A stretch of 64,000 bases of DNA, taken from positions 37,014,001-37,078,000 of the forward strand of contig OX597834.1 of assembly GCA_951406725.2 (NCBI GenBank), given 5' to 3'. Shown here piece by piece: positions 59,794-64,000 of this stretch. The notes below the pieces were generated by a model. That model saw nothing but the letters and a program-made list of their open reading frames with translations. It ran no database searches and was not told where the DNA came from. Numbering within the stretch: the first letter of the stretch is position 1; each line of letters starts with the position of its first letter. The stretch is from Octopus vulgaris (lineage: Eukaryota). Made by a program: the position numbers and the translations under genes.

Positions 59794-60377
59794 GTATACA
59801 TATATACATACATATATGTACCTTCGTACGTACACATTTACTTTCAAGTATATGTATATAATATATAATTGCATATGTTTAATGTAACTAGAGCGACTCA
59901 TAGAAACAAAGCAAATTATAGATATTAAATTAAATATATATATCTACTTCACCCGGACATGAATTTACGTTTCTCTGAAATACAGCACAAACGAAATACT
60001 TACGTAAATAACATTGGTGGGTTTTGTCTTTTTAATCTTACAATGGAAAAATAAAAAATGTTTCTCGCGTGTACATATAATATATATATGCATATATGTA
60101 TACATATATATATAACAATTTTTTGCGTAATGAGATAAAAAAAAACCAAGGCTGTATTGATATTAAATGTTCTAATATCTACACAGCCTTGGTTTATTTT
60201 TTTCTCTTTACGCAAAAAAATTCTTATATACACACGCTGACATATGACCAACGTTGAACCCCTTATTCGCAAAATCACCGAACCTGGAACTTAACTATGG
60301 TCTGTCTATATCACTTATTCAGCATTACCTGACACTTTTGGGTCTCAATGACATCATTTCCTCTTATAACCTACATC

Positions 60378-60478
<101 letters not shown>

Positions 60479-60708
60479 TTAGGGAATAAATCCAAACTTA
60501 CAGGGAAAAATTAGATTTAGGATTAAATCCAATTTTATAGTATAAATATATTATATTATATTATATTAAATTAGAGATAAAACCACTATTAGGCAAATCA
60601 AACAGTGAAAAACATAAGCCATTACATAAAATTAATTTAAAAATATAAAAGTTAAAATTTAAAAAATTATTTAAATAATTTAAACTTATAAATTTTAAAT
60701 ATATATAT

Positions 60709-60746
<38 letters not shown>

Positions 60747-60835
60747 TTTTATATTTATATATTATTTTATTTATTAATTTATTTATTTATTATTATTATT
60801 ATTATTTTTTATTTTTATATATATATAGTGTGAGA

Positions 60836-61025
60836 TTGCCAACGTAGATTGGCAGTCCTGATTAGGACGGTGTTACTACCTTTTTTTAAGCCCCAGGAAA
60901 ACATTTTTTTCCAGCTGGCTACCGATGCAGTTGTGCGTTGGTAGCCAGCTGGAGACGATGTTTTCCTGGGGCTAAAAAAAGATAGTAACACCGTTTTATC
61001 GAGGGCTGCCAATGTCCGTTGGCAA
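60836..61025 (+). repeat. About 190-bp hairpin element with G-U-type mismatches on the + strand
   Basis: TTGCCAACG...CCAGCTGGCTACCGATGCA gttg TGCGTTGGTAGCCAGCTGG...CGTTGGCAA. Confidence 0.9.
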
Positions 61026-61487
61026 ATAGATTTCACTCAGTAGAACTGTTACTACTTACTTCTTGCTCAGAGATTTTAAACTAATGGTTTTTCCTCTTTA
61101 TATATATATATATTTGTGTGTGTTTGTCTGTGTGTGTGTGTGTGTGTGTAAGTATATATGTATATATGGATATGTTTCTATAACATGCAAACTCACCGAC
61201 CACACACACACATACACACACACATGCACAAATACGCACACACCGGTTCTTATTAAAATAAATTACTCTCATTCTAATTATTGTATTTCAACCCAAAATA
61301 ACGAAACCTTTTTATATTTTTTTCATATTTACTCAATTTTTGACCGCAAAAACCATGTGTATTTTTACGTAAATACGTGAGTGAGAAATGTAAACGTATG
61401 TCCGTGTGAAAAAAGCTATATTTATTCAGTTTGATAATCACATCTTATTAAAATAAGTCTTGTATTTCAAATGTTACTTTGTTTGGT

Positions 61488-61656
61488 CTTTTACTTGTTT
61501 CGGTCATTTGACTGCGGCCATGCTGAAGCACCCCCTTTTGTCGAACGAATCGACCTCAGGAGTTATTCTTTGTAAACCTAGTACTTATTCTATCGGGCTT
61601 TTTTTGTCGAACCGCTAAGTTACGGTGGTCGTAAACACACCAGCATCGGTTGTCAA
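61488..61656 (-). mobile_element. SINE family A, 3' half
   Basis: Tail motif CATTTGACTGCGGCCATGCTG. Confidence 0.8.
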
Positions 61657-61702
61657 CAGACAAAAGAATGACGCAAGTAAAAGAATACAAGAATATATAT
61701 CC

Positions 61703-61733
<31 letters not shown>

Positions 61734-61841
61734 TGTATGTATGTATGTATGTATGTATGTATGTATGTATCTATCTATTTATCTATATACCTACCCTCTC
61801 TCTCTCCGTGTATATATGTACATTTCCATATATATACATTT

Positions 61842-61875
<34 letters not shown>

Positions 61876-61951
61876 TCAATATAGGGTGGCAAAAAAAATT
61901 TTGTAGAATTCTTTTGCCACCAGCGGCCTAGTGGGAAAAAATTAAATAGTC

Positions 61952-62058
61952 ATTTCTTACTGAAGAATCTGAGGGCCTTTGGAAGATTGGCTTGATTTAA
62001 TTTAATCAGGTTAATTTACCATTAATCAGCAGATGAAACGGTATATCGTATAAGAAAT
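61952..62058 (+). ncRNA. Type I hammerhead ribozyme, copy 1 (predicted cleavage after GUA, A62050)
   Basis: Stem I AUUUCUUA/UAAGAAAU; core CUGAAGA; stem II AUCUG/CAGAU with a 58-nt extension; GAAA; stem III ACGG-UAUA-UCGU; H17 = A. Confidence 0.85.
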
Positions 62059-62443
62059 TACAAGGTAAATGTTTTTTAAATTTTCTCCTGGTTTACGGAA
62101 TTAATTTTTATTTGCGGTTGAAGCTTTGGCTGTTATTTCTAGTGGGTGAATGGCCTATTATGGCCGTTCCTTGATTGTTGATGTTGAACTTAAAAATGGT
62201 CTATGACTATTTAATTTTTTCCCACTAGGCCGCTGGTGGCAAAAGAATTCTACAAAATTTTTTTTGCCACCCTATATTGATTAATTATGAATTTTCTGGT
62301 TAATTCCGTAATGGAATCGACGGCTTATATTTATTTGCTGCCGATAAATTTGGCGCGAGTGCGACGATTTGAAAATTTTAGGTCAGATATAACCTTGGCA
62401 AGGTCGGATTTGCCTCGTGAAAATATCTGTTCCGACTTGGGCT

Positions 62444-62550
62444 ATTTCTTACTGAAGAATCTGAGGGCCTTTGGAAGATTGGCTTGATTTAATTTAATCA
62501 GGTTAATTTACCATTAATCAGCAGATGAAACGGTATATCGTATAAGAAAT
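62444..62550 (+). ncRNA. Type I hammerhead ribozyme, copy 2 (cleavage after A62542)
   Basis: Identical to copy 1. Confidence 0.85.
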
Positions 62551-62935
62551 TACAAGGTAAATGTTTTTTAAATTTTCTCCTGGTTTACGGAATTAATTTT
62601 TATTTGCGGTTGAAGCTTTGGCTGTTATTTCTAGTGGGTGAATGGCCTATTATGGTCGTTCCTTGATTGTTGATGTTGAACTTAAAAATGGTCTATGACT
62701 ATTTAATTTTTTCCCACTAGGCCGCTGGTGGCAAAAGAATTCTACAAAATTTTTTTTGCCACCCTATATTGATTAATTATGAATTTTCTGGTTAATTCCG
62801 TAATGGAATCGACGGCTTATATTTATTTGCTGCCGATAAATTTGGCGCGAGTGCGACGATTTGAAAATTTTAGGTCAGATATAACCTTGGCAAGGTCGGA
62901 TTTGCCTCGTGAAAATATCTGTTCCGACTTGGGCT

Positions 62936-63042
62936 ATTTCTTACTGAAGAATCTGAGGGCCTTTGGAAGATTGGCTTGATTTAATTTAATCAGGTTAATT
63001 TACCATTAATCAGCAGATGAAACGGTATATCGTATAAGAAAT
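62936..63042 (+). ncRNA. Type I hammerhead ribozyme, copy 3 (cleavage after A63034)
   Basis: Identical to copy 1. Confidence 0.85.
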
Positions 63043-63163
63043 TACAAGGTAAATGTTTTTTAAATTTTCTCCTGGTTTACGGAATTAATTTTTATTTGCG
63101 GTTGAAGCTTTGGCTGTTATTTCTAGTGGGTGAATGGCCTATTATGGCCGTTCCTTGATTGTG

Positions 63164-63690
<527 letters not shown>

Positions 63691-63694
63691 GAGT

Positions 63695-63823
63695 GTTTGT
63701 CCAGGATACGACTACACAGCGACAGCAGGCGATGTATTAGGACATGAAATGTAAAAGCCAGACTAGATTATTTTATGTGCAACTCCATTGTCTTCCGAGA
63801 CAAAAAGGATGCCAACAACAACA

Positions 63824-63836
<13 letters not shown>
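63695..63836 (+). mobile_element. Probable RTE 3' terminus with (CAA)n tail, opposite in orientation to the adjacent fragment
   Basis: TCCATTGTCTTCCGAGAC...GGATGCC-AACAACAAC resembles RTE 3' ends. Confidence 0.45.
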
Positions 63837-63909
<73 letters not shown>

Positions 63910-63928
63910 GTATATATATATATATATA

Positions 63929-63968
<40 letters not shown>

Positions 63969-64000
63969 CGTATATATATATAAGTATATATATATATATG

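Larger units (their letters stand above)
61868..63162 (+). mobile_element. Retrozyme/Penelope-pLTR-like array: about 2.5 x 492-bp tandem units plus an 86-bp inverted flank, inserted in (TA)n
   Basis: Period 492 (CTGAAGA at 61960, 62452, 62944); only one difference seen (C62164/T62656/C63148); 61868-61953 is the reverse complement of 62203-62288. Confidence 0.85.

Noticed and set aside
62287-62979. Duplicated 66-aa ORF MNFLVNSV...
   Set aside because: Duplicated only because it lies in the 492-bp repeat; no recognisable motif, and it overlaps the ribozyme.

Overview
AT-rich, microsatellite-saturated animal DNA, most likely a coleoid cephalopod (octopus-like; inferred from the SINE families and extreme (TA)n/(CA)n/(AAT)n content). 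The only host coding sequence I can support is the 5' part of a class A (rhodopsin-like) peptide-receptor-type GPCR on the minus strand (ATG at 419, running off the left edge). The ORF track misses it, and nearly all listed ORFs are translated microsatellites. The rest is probable 5'-UTR intron or intergenic DNA filled with tRNA-derived SINEs, decayed CR1, RTE and mariner pieces, a pogo-type MITE, a non-autonomous Helitron, and R4/Dong-type retrotransposon fragments sitting inside (AAT)n tracts. The most notable feature is a near-identical 492-bp tandem array (61952-63162) with an inverted 86-bp flank. Each unit carries a complete type I hammerhead ribozyme with a long stem II extension, a retrozyme/Penelope-pLTR-like system predicted to release a 492-nt, possibly circular, RNA. 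Several minimal or degenerate hammerheads, long fold-back hairpins (one with strand-biased G-U pairs) and local templated inverted duplications are also present. All coordinates and pairings were read by eye.
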